In this document: positions 41,655-51,735 of the stretch, in pieces
Numbering within the stretch: the first letter of the stretch is position 1
Layout of the letters: every line of letters starts with the position of its first letter
Source: Anaeromyxobacteraceae bacterium
GTDB lineage: Bacteria; Myxococcota; Myxococcia; Myxococcales; Anaeromyxobacteraceae
NCBI GenBank assembly: GCA_047602405.1
Contig: JASGHJ010000001.1
Coordinates: 992,001 to 1,056,000 of the forward strand
DNA: 64,000 nucleotides
Direction: 5' to 3'
Program-made: the position numbers and the translations under genes
The notes under the pieces: generated by a model
Database searches by the model: none
Seen by the model: only the letters and a program-made list of their open reading frames with translations
What the model was told of the DNA's origin: nothing

Positions 41655-43233
41655 AGCGACAGTCGAGGTTGCCCGCCGGAAGCGGGATCTCGAGCCCCCG
41701 CGAGAACTGCACGACCGTGCCGTCGAGCCCGAGCGCGGGGAAGCCGGTGCCCACCGCGCCGGTCTGCGGATTGGCGCACCCGCCCTGGGCCGGCAGCTCG
41801 AGCGTCGCGCAGACCCCGCCACCCGGATCCACGATGTCGATCCGCGGGCGCCGGCTCTCCGCGGCGCAGGCGGAGCGGATGGCGAGCGCCACGCCGCCCT
41901 TGCCGGCGCGGACGAGCCGCTCCCCCGCGCGTGCGAGGAGCCAGGGCGGGGCGGCCGCCGCGCCGGTCGGGACCGCGGGGTGGAACCGTCTCAGCCACGT
42001 CCCGTCCGCCGTCCCATCCCCGCTCGGCAGGGCGCGCAGCGCGAGCGAGCCGTCGGGCAGCGCCACGAGCTCGCTCGAGGCCGGGAGCGCGTCGGCGGCG
42101 CGGAAGACCGGGCCGAGCGGAGCGCCATCGGTGCCGAACCAGCGGCCTGCGACGCCGCCCCCGTTGCACGCGGCGACGCCCGCCCACAGCACGAGCGTCT
42201 CGCCGGACGGGGCGAGCCCGGCCACCTCCGGGCCGATGGCCCTCACGAGGTCCGACTCGCGGCCGGCCCGGTCCCAGGTGCCGGTCGCGTCGGTGGGCAG
42301 CGAGAGGACGCGGAAGGGCGGGGTCCGGACCGCGCCGTCGGGGCCGAGGACCGCGCTCCAGAGCTCGCCCGCGCCGTCGGTCGCGAGTCCACTCACGGTC
42401 ACGGCGAGGCTGCCCATCCCGTCCGCGCCGACGCTCCCGGGCGCGCCGTAGTAGGCAGGCCAGAACCAGCTCCCCCAGCGGATGGGCCAGGGGATCGCGA
42501 GCGGCGCCTCGTTGCCCGCCTCGTCGACGCGCAGCACGGTCGGCAGGTCCCCCGCGAGCTGGAAGCCGCGCACGCCCGGGAAGAGCGGCTGCGTGCCGCT
42601 GGTCTCCCCGAGCTGGCGCCCCGAGAGGTCGAGGGTGCGGATCGTGCCGCGCATGTACCCGCCACCGCCGAGGAACTCGACCACCTGCCAGGCGGCGACG
42701 CCGGTGGCGTCCACCTGCACCGTGCCGCAGGGGAGGCGGCAGCCGAGCCCGGCGCCGCAGCGGTAGATGGTGGACACCTCCGCGGGCGTTCCGAGCGTCG
42801 GCTTCCAGCCGCCGCAGTCGCCCGGGCCTGGCTGCGATACGAGCGCGGCTGCGGGTGCGCAGCTCGCCGGGGTGACGGCTGGAACGCCGGGGCCCATCGG
42901 GATCGGGGCCGGGGGCGGCGGAGCGGGGATCGGATCCGGGGGCGGGGGCGGGGGCGGATTGGGAGACGGAGGCGGAGACGGTGTCGGAGGCGGCGTCGGA
43001 GTTGGAGTGGGTGTCGGAGTTGGAGCTGGAGTTGGAGTTGGAGAGGGTGACGGAGCGGGAGTCGGTGTCGGCGTCGGCGTCGGATCCTGCGGCGGGGTCG
43101 GCGTCGGCGTGGGGCTCGGGCTCGGCGTCGGCTGCGGCGACGGCTCGCTCGGACCCTTGCCCGGTCCGCGGCCGCCGCCTCCCCCGCACGCAAGCGTGAG
43201 GCACACCGCAACGAGCAGCGCCTTCCCGGCCAT
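41620..43233 (-). CDS. Lipoprotein with a long Pro/Thr/Ser linker and Cys-containing C-terminal domain
   Basis: MAGKALLVAVCLTLAC lipobox; (PT/PS)n tract; no recognised family. Confidence 0.72.
   Translation of the reverse strand: MAGKALLVAVCLTLACGGGGGRGPGKGPSEPSPQPTPSPSPTPTPTPPQDPTPTPTPTPAPSPSPTPTPAPTPTPTPTPTPPPTPSPPPSPNPPPPPPPDPIPAPPPPAPIPMGPGVPAVTPASCAPAAALVSQPGPGDCGGWKPTLGTPAEVSTIYRCGAGLGCRLPCGTVQVDATGVAAWQVVEFLGGGGYMRGTIRTLDLSGRQLGETSGTQPLFPGVRGFQLAGDLPTVLRVDEAGNEAPLAIPWPIRWGSWFWPAYYGAPGSVGADGMGSLAVTVSGLATDGAGELWSAVLGPDGAVRTPPFRVLSLPTDATGTWDRAGRESDLVRAIGPEVAGLAPSGETLVLWAGVAACNGGGVAGRWFGTDGAPLGPVFRAADALPASSELVALPDGSLALRALPSGDGTADGTWLRRFHPAVPTGAAAAPPWLLARAGERLVRAGKGGVALAIRSACAAESRRPRIDIVDPGGGVCATLELPAQGGCANPQTGAVGTGFPALGLDGTVVQFSRGLEIPLPAGNLDCRFSVWPRALAPP
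42900..43140 (-). repeat. Low-complexity hexamer repeat encoding a PT/PS linker
   Basis: Runs of GGAGTT/GGCGTC/GGTGTC on the + strand. Confidence 0.8.
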
Positions 43234-43288
43234 GCACCGAAGGTGAGGGGCGGGCGGCCCATCGGCAACAGCGACGGGAGGCGTGGGA

Positions 43289-43462
43289 TCAGCGCGCCCG
43301 AGCCGACCCGTGCTTCGGGCGCGGCGCGACCTGCAGGAAGCGGGGCTTTCGCACCTCGGCGGGCGCGGCGAGCGTGAAGCTGTCGCCGTCGAGCACGCGC
43401 ACGGGGCGCTCGTCGCGCGCCTCGCCCGACGGACGAACGGTCCAGGCCTCCTGCTCCTGCAT
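43289..43462 (-). CDS. Possible small hypothetical protein (MQEQEAWTVRP...)
   Basis: 57-aa ORF with GC-ending codons filling the gap between ychF and the next gene; no clear SD. Confidence 0.35.
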   Translation of the reverse strand: MQEQEAWTVRPSGEARDERPVRVLDGDSFTLAAPAEVRKPRFLQVAPRPKHGSARAR

Positions 43463-43554
43463 GGACGGAGCGTACGCACCGGGTCGCCAGCGCGCCACGC
43501 CCTGGCGGGTCGACGACCCGCTCCTCGCGGGGCGGGATGACCCTGCGGCGGGCC

Positions 43555-44667
43555 CTACACGTTGAAGCGGAAGTGCATCACGTCGCCATCCTTGACGACG
43601 TATTCCTTCCCTTCCATCCGGAGCTTGCCCGCGGTCCGGGCGGCGGCCTCGCTGCCGAGGGTGACGAGGTCGTCGTACGCCATGACCTCCGCCTTGATGA
43701 AGCCCTTCTCGAAGTCGGAGTGGATGACGCCCGCGGCGCCGGGGGCGAGGGTGCCCGCCTTGATGGTCCAGGCCCGGCACTCGTCCTCGCCGACCGTGAA
43801 GTAGGTCAGGAGCCCGAGCAGCCGGTAACCGGCGTGCACGAGCCGGTCGAGCCCCGGCTCCTCCAGCCCGAGCGACGCGAGGTACTCGCCCCGCTCCTCG
43901 GGCGCGAGCGCCACGAGCTCCGACTCGACCTTGCCGGAGATGGCGACCCACTGCGCGCCCTCCGCCTCGGCGAGCGCCTTCACCGCGGCGACGTGCGGGT
44001 CGGTGGCGGCCTGGCCGAGCTGCCCCTCGTCGACGTTCGCGATGTAGAGCACCGGCTTCGAGGTCAGGAGGAAGAGATCCGAGACGAGCGCCTTGTCCTC
44101 GTCGGTGAGCTTCTGCCCGCGCACCGGCGTGCCCGCCTCGAGGCCCGCCTTCACCTTGTCGAGCGCGCCGAGCTCGGCCTTCGCCTGCTCGCCCTGCTTG
44201 CCGGCGGCCTTCGTGTTCTTGAGCGTGCGCTCGCGCCGCTTCTCGATCGAGTCGAGGTCCTTCAGCATGAGCTCGGTCTCGACGACGTCGCGGTCGCCGC
44301 GCGGATCGACCTTCCCGGCCACGTGCACGACGTCCGGGTCGGCGAAGCAGCGCAGCACGTGGGCGATCGCGTCCACCTGGCGGATGTTGCCGAGGAACTG
44401 GTTGCCGAGCCCCTCGCCCTTCGAGGCGCCGGCGACGAGCCCGGCGATGTCGACGAACTCGAGCGCGGTGGGGGTCGTCTTCTTCGGCTTGAACATCGAC
44501 GTCAGCTTCTCGAGGCGGCGGTCCGGCACCGGGACGATGCCGACGTTCGGCTCGATCGTGCAGAACGGGTAGTTCGCCGCGGCCGCCTGGGCGGCGCCGA
44601 GGAGCGCGTTGAAGAGGGTGGACTTCCCGACGTTGGGGAGCCCGACGATGCCGATGGAGAGACCCAT
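43555..44667 (-). CDS. ychF: Redox-regulated ATPase YchF
   Basis: GIVGLPNVGKSTLFNA, ANYPFCTIEPN, DIAGLV, EGKEYVVKDGD. Confidence 0.98.
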   Translation of the reverse strand: MGLSIGIVGLPNVGKSTLFNALLGAAQAAAANYPFCTIEPNVGIVPVPDRRLEKLTSMFKPKKTTPTALEFVDIAGLVAGASKGEGLGNQFLGNIRQVDAIAHVLRCFADPDVVHVAGKVDPRGDRDVVETELMLKDLDSIEKRRERTLKNTKAAGKQGEQAKAELGALDKVKAGLEAGTPVRGQKLTDEDKALVSDLFLLTSKPVLYIANVDEGQLGQAATDPHVAAVKALAEAEGAQWVAISGKVESELVALAPEERGEYLASLGLEEPGLDRLVHAGYRLLGLLTYFTVGEDECRAWTIKAGTLAPGAAGVIHSDFEKGFIKAEVMAYDDLVTLGSEAAARTAGKLRMEGKEYVVKDGDVMHFRFNV

Positions 44668-44754
44668 TTCGATGCCTGCCTTCTACCGCTGAAAACAAGG
44701 CTCCGGGGGCCGCGGGCCGCCGGAGCCGGACTGAAGATGTGACGCCCGCTGCCA

Positions 44755-44812
44755 GGGGGTGGGGCCCCGGCGAGCCGCCTCGCCGGGGCGGGGGCGCGCC
44801 GAGCGCCCCCGC
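44755..44812. repeat. Dispersed double-hairpin repeat family 2, copy 1 (3' of atpF)
   Basis: GGGGGTGGGGCCCCG-hairpin-CGGGGCGGGGGCGC..GCCCCCG; same frame sequence at 60258-60310 on the other strand. Confidence 0.72.
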
Positions 44813-44823
44813 AAACACAGCCC

Positions 44824-45384
44824 TTACGCCGCGCGGTCGGACGGGAGCTGCGCGATGTACTCCTCGACGAGGTGGCGCTGGGCCTTCTCGTCCAGGCTGC
44901 TCTTCACGAGCTTGCCGGCGGCCGCGATGGCGAGGTCCGCGACCTGCGCGCGGAGCTCGGCCTTCGCCTTCTGGATCTCCTCGGTCACCTGGCGGCGGGC
45001 GGCGGCGACGAGCTCGTCGGCCTCCTTCTTCGCCTTCTCGGTGAGCTCGACGCGGAGCTTCTCGACCTCCTGCTGGTTGCGCTTCGCGAGCTCGGCCGCC
45101 TCGCGCTGCGCCTTCTGGAGCGACTCCTTCTGCTCGGCCATGAGGCGCTCGGCCTCGGCGCGCTCCTTCTTCGCGGCCTCGATCGCCTCGCGGATCGTCC
45201 GCTCGCGGTCGGCCAGCATCTTCACGATGGGGCCCCAGGCGAACTTCCCGAGGACGAAGATGAGGACGAGGAAGGTGATCGCCGTCCAGAGCGTCAGGCC
45301 GGGGTTGAGGTCGGTGATGCCGCCTGCGGCGAGGACCGAGCTTCCGGTGGAGGCGGCGCTGCCGGCGAAGGCCATGGGGGTCAT
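44824..45384 (-). CDS. atpF: ATP synthase F0 subunit b
   Basis: TM FLVLIFVLGKFAWGPI followed by coiled coil; follows atpE. Confidence 0.94.
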   Translation of the reverse strand: MTPMAFAGSAASTGSSVLAAGGITDLNPGLTLWTAITFLVLIFVLGKFAWGPIVKMLADRERTIREAIEAAKKERAEAERLMAEQKESLQKAQREAAELAKRNQQEVEKLRVELTEKAKKEADELVAAARRQVTEEIQKAKAELRAQVADLAIAAAGKLVKSSLDEKAQRHLVEEYIAQLPSDRAA

Positions 45385-45415
45385 GCGAGCTCCGTCGAGA
45401 AGAGGAACGACGGCT

Positions 45416-45441
45416 GCCCGGGGCCCCTAGGAGCCCCGGGC
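45416..45441 (-). other. Intercistronic hairpin between atpE and atpF
   Basis: GCCCGGGGC-N8-GCCCCGGGC perfect 9-bp stem just after the atpE stop. Confidence 0.6.
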
Positions 45442-45455
45442 GGCCGGTGAGGGCG

Positions 45456-45683
45456 CTACTTGATGGCGAGGAGGAGGCAGACGACGATCGCGAAGAGCGT
45501 CGCGCCTTCGATGAGGGCGGCGGCGATGATCATCGACGTGCGGATGTCGCCGAGGGCGGTCGGCTGGCGGGCGGAGCCCTCCATCGCGGCGGCGGCGAGC
45601 TTGCCGATGCCCATGCCGGCGCCGACGACGGCGAGACCGGCGCCCAGGCCGGCAGAGAGGTACGCGAGAGCGACGGGAGCCAT
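45456..45683 (-). CDS. atpE: ATP synthase F0 subunit c
   Basis: GAGMGIG, ARQP loop, ALIE carboxylate; AAGGAG SD. Confidence 0.97.
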   Translation of the reverse strand: MAPVALAYLSAGLGAGLAVVGAGMGIGKLAAAAMEGSARQPTALGDIRTSMIIAAALIEGATLFAIVVCLLLAIK

Positions 45684-45802
45684 GGTGTTTCTCCTTCGGT
45701 GCTGCTCAGCGCGGGATTGGCCGGGCCGCGTTTCCCGGGGCGCGACTGCGCTCGACGACCCACGGCCGGGAACCTTCCCGGCCGCGTGAACTGCGACGAC
45801 GA

Positions 45803-46981
45803 CTACGCGTGCTGCGAACCCATGCCCGGCGCGGCGTGGCCCTCGTGGCCGTGGCCCTCGCCGTGCTCCTCGTCGTGGCCGTGGTGCACGAGGCCGGACC
45901 CGATGAAGAGCGCCGAGAGCATGGCGAAGATGTACGCCTGCACGAAGGCCACGAAGAGCTCGAGCATGAAGATGCCGAGCGCCATCGGGACCGACGCGAC
46001 CGCGACGAACTGCGACTTGAGCGCGAAGATCAGGCCGAGGAGGGCCAGGATGACGAAGTGGCCCGCGACCATGTTCGCGAAGAGACGGACGGTGAGGGCG
46101 AAGGGCTTCGTGAACAGGCCCAGGAACTCGACCGGGATCATGATCGGCCAGAGCCAGGCGAGGCTCTTCGGGACGCCGCCGGTCATGTGGGCGAGGAAGC
46201 CGCCGATGCCCATCGCCCGGATCGCCGCCCACTGGGTGATGACGAACGTGAAGAGCGCGAGCGCGACCGTGACCGAGAGGTTGGCGGTGGCGGTGGCGGC
46301 GAACGGCACGAGGCCGAGCAGGTTCATGAACAGGATGAAGAAGAACGCGGTCACGAGGTACGGCGTGAACCGATCCGCGTCCTTCTCGCCGATGTTCTTC
46401 ACCGCGATGTCGTTGCGGACGAAGGAGACCAGCACCTCGACGAAGTTGTAGACGCCGCGCGGGACGAGGGAGCGCTTGCGCGTGGCGGTGAAGGCGATCA
46501 CGAGCAGGATGGCGCTCGCGAGCCACATCATGATGACGTGCTTCGTCGGCGTCATGTCGAGGGTGCCGAACACGAGCGGGCCGGAGACGGCCTTGCCGGT
46601 CTCGGCGTCGCGGACGGTGCCGAACACGTGGTCGAGCTCGAGCTCGCAGTTCCAGGCGAAGCCGTGCTCGGGGCCGTTCGGGCCCTCGGTCTCGCAGACG
46701 CCGGGGTACTCCATCACGCGGCCATCGGAGACGTGGTGCATCATCACGCCGCCGAGGCTCTCGTCGTGCTTGCCGCCGTGGTGCGCCGCGGCCGCGCCGT
46801 GCTCGCCGGCGGCGGCGGCGCCGTGCTCCTCGTGGCCGGGGGCGGTGGGCGCGCCGTGCTCCGCCTCGACCGGCGCGAGCGTGCCCTGGGCGGCGGGGGC
46901 GTGTTCGGCGGGGGCCGTGGCAGGCTCGGCGTGCTGGCCGAGGGCGAGGACGAGCGCGAGGGTCGCGAGCGTGGAGGTCAT
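45803..46981 (-). CDS. atpB: ATP synthase F0 subunit a with His-rich extensions
   Basis: [32 protein letters not shown] at 46981 overlapping the upstream stop. Confidence 0.96.
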   Translation of the reverse strand: MTSTLATLALVLALGQHAEPATAPAEHAPAAQGTLAPVEAEHGAPTAPGHEEHGAAAAGEHGAAAAHHGGKHDESLGGVMMHHVSDGRVMEYPGVCETEGPNGPEHGFAWNCELELDHVFGTVRDAETGKAVSGPLVFGTLDMTPTKHVIMMWLASAILLVIAFTATRKRSLVPRGVYNFVEVLVSFVRNDIAVKNIGEKDADRFTPYLVTAFFFILFMNLLGLVPFAATATANLSVTVALALFTFVITQWAAIRAMGIGGFLAHMTGGVPKSLAWLWPIMIPVEFLGLFTKPFALTVRLFANMVAGHFVILALLGLIFALKSQFVAVASVPMALGIFMLELFVAFVQAYIFAMLSALFIGSGLVHHGHDEEHGEGHGHEGHAAPGMGSQHA

Positions 46982-47340
46982 GCGGCTCCCGTTCCGTGGC
47001 GGAGCGAGTGGACGTGGGCGGCCTCGAGGGCCGCGAAGACGAAGAACGGCACGAAGAACGCGACGACGAAGGCGATGACGCTCTCGCCGCGGGTGGCGAC
47101 GAGCACCGTCCCGAGGGCGACGAGCACGAGGCGGACGAGGAAGCCGACCGTCATGATCGCGAGGGCGACCTGCATGGGCTTGCGGGCTCCGGCGGTCTTC
47201 CCGATGGCGAGCATCGAGGCGAGGCCGGTCACGCCCGCGATGCCGGCGCCGACGAGCGCGCCCTTCGCGTGCTGGCCGGAGACCGCGGCGACGCCGACGA
47301 ACAGGAGCGCGAGCGCGGCGGTGGCGAGCGTCCACTTCAC
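46978..47340 (-). CDS. atpI: ATP synthase protein I-like membrane protein
   Basis: Four hydrophobic segments, immediately upstream of atpB. Confidence 0.65.
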   Translation of the reverse strand: MKWTLATAALALLFVGVAAVSGQHAKGALVGAGIAGVTGLASMLAIGKTAGARKPMQVALAIMTVGFLVRLVLVALGTVLVATRGESVIAFVVAFFVPFFVFAALEAAHVHSLRHGTGAA

Positions 47341-47642
47341 CGACGGTCACCATCCTGCTTCCCGACGGGCGCGGACTTCTCGGCCTTGTTCATGCCGAGG
47401 ACCACCCGGAAGAAGCTGATGAACCCGCCGATCATCCCGACGACCGCTCCCACGATGAAGAACCAGGGGGTCCGGTTGCCGACCTTCCGGTCGAGCCAGT
47501 ACCCCGCACCCGCGAACACACCCACCGAGGCGACGAGGCTCCAGGAGGCGCTGATGTACGGCGCGGCCTTCTGGTAGCCGGAGGCCAGGCTCGAGAGCCC
47601 CTCCTCCTCGTTCCGGCGATCCTGCCCGTCCGGACCGGCCAA
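47337..47642 (-). CDS. AtpZ/AtpI-family protein (F0 operon gene 1)
   Basis: GYWLDRK...TPWF..G..G signature; first gene of the F0 operon. Confidence 0.85.
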   Translation of the reverse strand: MAGPDGQDRRNEEEGLSSLASGYQKAAPYISASWSLVASVGVFAGAGYWLDRKVGNRTPWFFIVGAVVGMIGGFISFFRVVLGMNKAEKSAPVGKQDGDRR

Positions 47643-47742
47643 CGACGCCCCTTTCGATGCCCTCGACCCGCCCGCGCGATGACTCCGATGCCGCTCAGCG
47701 GTTGTTGAAATTGCCTGTGTTTTCGCGCGGGAAGGGCGGTTT

Positions 47743-47771
47743 CATCTAGCACGCGGGGACGAATCGGTCAA
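47743..47771 (-). promoter_or_regulatory. Putative sigma70 promoter of the F0 operon (TTGACC-N17-TAGATG, extended TG)
   Basis: Minus strand, canonical spacing. Confidence 0.55.
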
Positions 47772-47916
47772 CGCGATCCCGCCCTCGCCGGGGCCTGACT
47801 CCGGCGGTGACGGACAGGCCCCGGGAGCCGGTGCCGGACACGCCCCGGGTGCGCGGCGGCCGTGTGGGCCAACCGCCCGAAAGGTGGAGGCATTTCGTCG
47901 CGGCGGGGAGCCGGGA

Positions 47917-48339
47917 TCAGGGCGGGGGCGCGGTCGGACCGGGCGGATCGGTCGCGAGGAGCCAGCCGCCGTAGAGCCCGGCGCCGCCGGCGAACGCCCA
48001 GGCGCCGTAGGCCGCGAACACGTCGAGGCCCCTGCCCGCCGGATCCTGCTGTCGCCGCGAGTCGACCATCGCGAGGCCTCCGAGGAGCGCGAGCCCGCCC
48101 GCGACGAGGAGCGCGCTCTTCCCCCGGAGCTGCCGCTGCTCCCGGGTCTCCCGTGGCGGACCGGCCGCCTGCGCCGCCGCCTGCCGGAGCGCCGCCTCTC
48201 GGAGGCGCCGGTCCTGCTCGCTGAGAGGCCGGAGCGCAGGCTTCGCCTCCAGGTCGGCGGCGGGAGCCTTCACCTTGGGTGCCTCTGCCGGCTCGCCCGC
48301 GAGCGTGAGCGCGATCAGCGCGGGGACGAGGACCGTCAT
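47917..48339 (-). CDS. Hypothetical membrane protein
   Basis: Signal-like N-terminus and two Gly-rich hydrophobic segments. Confidence 0.6.
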   Translation of the reverse strand: MTVLVPALIALTLAGEPAEAPKVKAPAADLEAKPALRPLSEQDRRLREAALRQAAAQAAGPPRETREQRQLRGKSALLVAGGLALLGGLAMVDSRRQQDPAGRGLDVFAAYGAWAFAGGAGLYGGWLLATDPPGPTAPPP

Positions 48340-48386
48340 GGGGAGTGGATGCTCCGGGCCCCCCGCCGTGTGACACGACCGCACTC

Positions 48387-48413
48387 GCCCCTCGACAGGC
48401 TCGGGGCGACCGG
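48387..48413 (-). repeat. Short, hairpin-less variant of repeat family 1
   Basis: Minus strand CCGGTCGCCCCGAGC-CTG-TCGAGGGG retains both flanks. Confidence 0.55.
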
Positions 48414-48432
48414 ACTTCCGCAGAGGGCGCCG

Positions 48433-49578
48433 CTACTTCCCGGCGAGCGCCGCGAGCAGCCGGTCCACGTCGGCCGGGCCGTTGTAGACGTGCGGCGAGA
48501 CGCGGATCCGGTCGCCGCGCAGGGACGTCACGACCTTCGCGGCGTCGAGGCGCTTCCATGCGTCACGGGTCGCCTCGGGGGTCGCGGCGCGGACCGTGAC
48601 GACGTGGCTGCGGCCCTTCGAATCCACCGGCCCGGCGGGCTCGAAGCCGGACGGGAGGCCCGCGAGGAGCCGTTCGCCGAGCGCGCGCGCGTGCGCCTGC
48701 ACGGCCGCCGGCGAGATCTCGAGCAGCATCCTCAGCGACTCGGCGAGCGGCATCAGGTTGAAGAACGAGGCGGTCTCGTGCGCGTCGTAGCGGCGCGCGC
48801 CGGGGTGCAGCTCGACGGCCTCGGGGAGGTGGTTGAAGTCCTCCGAGCCGCGCACCGCCCACCAGTTGATGTCGCCGACCGCGAGCCGGTCGAGCACCGA
48901 CGGCGCGAAGAGACCGACCGCCGTGCCGTACGGGCCGAGCAGGAACTTGTAGGCGGCGGCCGCGTAGACGTCGACGCCGAGCGCGGCGAAGTCGACGGGC
49001 ATGGCGCCCGCGGCCTGGCTCCCGTCCATGACCACCAGCGCGCCGACCTTCCGCGCGGCCTCGACGACCGGCGCGGGGTCGATGCGCCCGCCGTGGAGGT
49101 ACGAGACCTGCGCGAAGGCGACGACGCGCGTGCGCGGACCGACCTCGGCGGCGAGCCGCTCGCCGGAGACGGCGCCGGTCGGGTGGTCCGGGTCGACGGT
49201 GCGGACCCGCACGCCGCGGCGCGCGAGCCAGCGCCACGGGAGGTCGTTCGCCGGGAACTCGTGCCGGGGCAGGAGCACCTCGTCGCCCTCGCCGAGCCCG
49301 AGGCCGCGCGAGACCGCGTTCACGACCGCGCCGGCGCCGGTCAGGAGCGCGACCGACTCCTCGCGCGCGCCGAGGAGCCGCGCGAAGAGCGTGCGCACCT
49401 CGGCCACGATCCCGACGTACGTCGCGCTCGTGATCCGCCACGGGCGCTCCTTGAGCGCGAGGGCCTCCTTGCCCGCGCGCGCGGCGGCGAGCGGGATGGG
49501 GCCCTGGCTCGCGGCGTCGAGGTAGGTCGTGCCCTCGAACGGCGCGAAGCGATCGGCCCAGCCGGCGGTGCCCGGCAT
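48433..49578 (-). CDS. PLP-dependent aminotransferase class V
   Basis: YLDAASQGP, HEFPAN, DGSQAAG, AYKFLLGPYG (PLP Lys), IRVSPHVYN; no desulfurase Cys loop. Confidence 0.9.
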   Translation of the reverse strand: MPGTAGWADRFAPFEGTTYLDAASQGPIPLAAARAGKEALALKERPWRITSATYVGIVAEVRTLFARLLGAREESVALLTGAGAVVNAVSRGLGLGEGDEVLLPRHEFPANDLPWRWLARRGVRVRTVDPDHPTGAVSGERLAAEVGPRTRVVAFAQVSYLHGGRIDPAPVVEAARKVGALVVMDGSQAAGAMPVDFAALGVDVYAAAAYKFLLGPYGTAVGLFAPSVLDRLAVGDINWWAVRGSEDFNHLPEAVELHPGARRYDAHETASFFNLMPLAESLRMLLEISPAAVQAHARALGERLLAGLPSGFEPAGPVDSKGRSHVVTVRAATPEATRDAWKRLDAAKVVTSLRGDRIRVSPHVYNGPADVDRLLAALAGK

Positions 49579-49584
49579 CGGCGG

Positions 49585-50874
49585 CTAGACCTTCGCCGCC
49601 TCGGCGAAGGCGGCCTCCGCGGCCGCGATCGTCTTCTCGACGTCGTCGGTCGTGTGGGCGGTCGAGAGGAACGCCGCCTCGAACTGCGACGGCGGGAAGT
49701 AGACGCCGCGCTCGAGGAGCCCGTGGTGGAAGGCCGCGAAGCGCTTCGTGGAGGCCGCGCGCGCGGAGGCGGCGTCGAACACCGGCTTGTCCGAGAAGAA
49801 CACGGTCAGCATCGAGCCGACCCGGTTCACCTGCACCGGGACCTTCGCCTTCGCGGCGCCGGCGGCGAGCCCCTCGGCGAGGCGCGCGCTGCGCTCCTCG
49901 AGCGAGGCGTAGGCGGCGGGGGTCATGAGCTTCAAGGACGCCCAGCCCGCGGCCATCGCCATCGGGTTCCCCGACAGCGTGCCCGCCTGGTAGACCGGGC
50001 CCGCCGGCGCGACGACGTTCATCACGTCGGCGCGGCCGCCGAAGGCGCCGACCGGGAGGCCCGCGCCGATGACCTTGCCGAAGGTCACGAGGTCCGGCTT
50101 CACGCCGTAGAGGCCGCAGGCGCCGCCCGCGGAGACGCGGAAGCCGGTCATCACCTCGTCGATGATGAGGAGCGCGCCGTGCTTGCGGCAGGTGTCGAGC
50201 AGGCCCTGCAGGTACCCGGTCTTCGGCACGAGGACGCCCATGTTGCCGACGATCGGCTCCACGATGACGCACGCGATCTTCGAGCCGTGGGCCGCGAAGA
50301 GCTTCTCGACCGCGGGGAGGTCGTTGTAGGGCAGGGTGAGGGTGTGCTTCGCGACGTCGGCCGGCACGCCCGGCGAGTCGGGGAGGCCGAGCGTCTCGAC
50401 GCCGGAGCCCGCCTTCACGAGGAGCGGATCGCCCGCCCCGTGGTAGCAGCCGTCGAACTTCACGATGTCGTCGCGGCCGGTGAAGCCGCGGGCGACGCGG
50501 ATCGCGGCGGTGGTCGCCTCGGTGCCGGACGAGGTGAAGCGCATGCGCTCGACCCAGGGCATCCGCTCCTGGACGAGCTCGGCGAGCTGGATCTCGCGCG
50601 GCGAGGGAGCGCCGTAGGAGGAGCCGTCCTTCATCGCCTCCTGCACCTCCCGCATCACCTCGGGGTGGCAGTGGCCGACGATCATCGGCCCCCACGAGAG
50701 CACGTAGTCGACGTAGTCGTTCCCGTCGACGTCGATCATGTGCGAGCCGCGCCCGCGGGCGATGAAGCGGGGCGTGCCGCCCACGCCGCGGAATGCGCGG
50801 ACGGGGCTGTTCACGCCGCCGGGGAAGAGGGTGTTCGCCTTCGCGAACAGCTTCTCGCTGAGCTCGGTCTTCAC
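49585..50874 (-). CDS. hemL: Glutamate-1-semialdehyde 2,1-aminomutase
   Basis: PGGVNSPVRAF, SGTEAT, GCYHG, DEVMTGFR, FGKVIG, YQAGTLSGNP, PSQFE. Confidence 0.97.
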   Translation of the reverse strand: MKTELSEKLFAKANTLFPGGVNSPVRAFRGVGGTPRFIARGRGSHMIDVDGNDYVDYVLSWGPMIVGHCHPEVMREVQEAMKDGSSYGAPSPREIQLAELVQERMPWVERMRFTSSGTEATTAAIRVARGFTGRDDIVKFDGCYHGAGDPLLVKAGSGVETLGLPDSPGVPADVAKHTLTLPYNDLPAVEKLFAAHGSKIACVIVEPIVGNMGVLVPKTGYLQGLLDTCRKHGALLIIDEVMTGFRVSAGGACGLYGVKPDLVTFGKVIGAGLPVGAFGGRADVMNVVAPAGPVYQAGTLSGNPMAMAAGWASLKLMTPAAYASLEERSARLAEGLAAGAAKAKVPVQVNRVGSMLTVFFSDKPVFDAASARAASTKRFAAFHHGLLERGVYFPPSQFEAAFLSTAHTTDDVEKTIAAAEAAFAEAAKV

Positions 50875-51728
50875 GGGGTCTCCCTGGGGTTGGGCTTGTG
50901 CTTCGAGTGGTCGAAGGCGGTGGCCTTGTCGCCCGGCAGGGCGGGGGCCATCTTCTCGCGGCGCTCGCGGACGGCGTCGATGGCCGTGCGGATCGCCTCG
51001 GGGTTCGGGTGCTGGGGCAGGGCGAGCGCGTAGAGCTCGAGGGCCCGGTCGAACCGGTTCGCCTGCGCGTGGATGTGGGCCTGGCCCTCGAGCGCGCGCG
51101 CGGCGGTCTCGGGGCGGGGGTGGCTGTCGACGAGGGCCTGGAACGCGCGCATCGCCTCGTCGTCGCGCTTCTCGAGCGACCAGGCCTGCGCGGTGAGGAG
51201 CTGCCCCTCCTCCGCGAGCGGGTCCATCGGCCACCGGTCACGCAGCACGCGGGCCTCGACCCGCGCCTGCTCGTAGTTCTTGAGCTCGAGGTAGCACTTC
51301 GCGACCTCGAGCTGGTACCGCGGCGCCTCCGGCGCGCCCGAGCTCGCCACCTCCGCGTACTGCGCGATGGCGGCGAGGTCGTCGCGGAAGCGCTCCCGGT
51401 AGATGTCGCCGACCACGACGCGCGCGTCGCGGGCCTCCTTCGTGCCGGGCGCGATCGAGACGATCCGCCGGTAGTAGGAGATCGCGCCGACGTAGTCGCC
51501 GAGCTCGAGGTAGGAGACGTCGCCCGCGAAGCGCAGCGCCTTGAGCCGCACCGCCTGGTCGGCCGCGCCGAGCGGCGCCTCGCCGAGCTGGGCGAGGATC
51601 TCCTTGTACGCCTGGAGCGCGCCCCGGGCGTCGCCGGCGACGCGCTTCGCGTTCGCGGCCTCCAGCTTGCTCGCCACCCCGCTGCACGCGGCCAGGGCGG
51701 CGGCCAGTATCAGTCCCGTCACGCGCAT
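50871..51728 (-). CDS. TPR-repeat lipoprotein
   Basis: Lipobox LAAC; TPR-like helices; overlaps the hemL start. Confidence 0.82.
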   Translation of the reverse strand: MRVTGLILAAALAACSGVASKLEAANAKRVAGDARGALQAYKEILAQLGEAPLGAADQAVRLKALRFAGDVSYLELGDYVGAISYYRRIVSIAPGTKEARDARVVVGDIYRERFRDDLAAIAQYAEVASSGAPEAPRYQLEVAKCYLELKNYEQARVEARVLRDRWPMDPLAEEGQLLTAQAWSLEKRDDEAMRAFQALVDSHPRPETAARALEGQAHIHAQANRFDRALELYALALPQHPNPEAIRTAIDAVRERREKMAPALPGDKATAFDHSKHKPNPRETP

Positions 51729-51735
51729 CTTGGAT

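Noticed and set aside
42900..43140. Tandem short repeats considered as CRISPR or satellite
   Set aside because: Hexamer codon repeats of a Pro/Thr linker, with no repeat-spacer structure and no cas genes
48433..49578. Cysteine desulfurase call
   Set aside because: The catalytic Cys loop of NifS/SufS is absent, so it is left as a generic class V PLP enzyme
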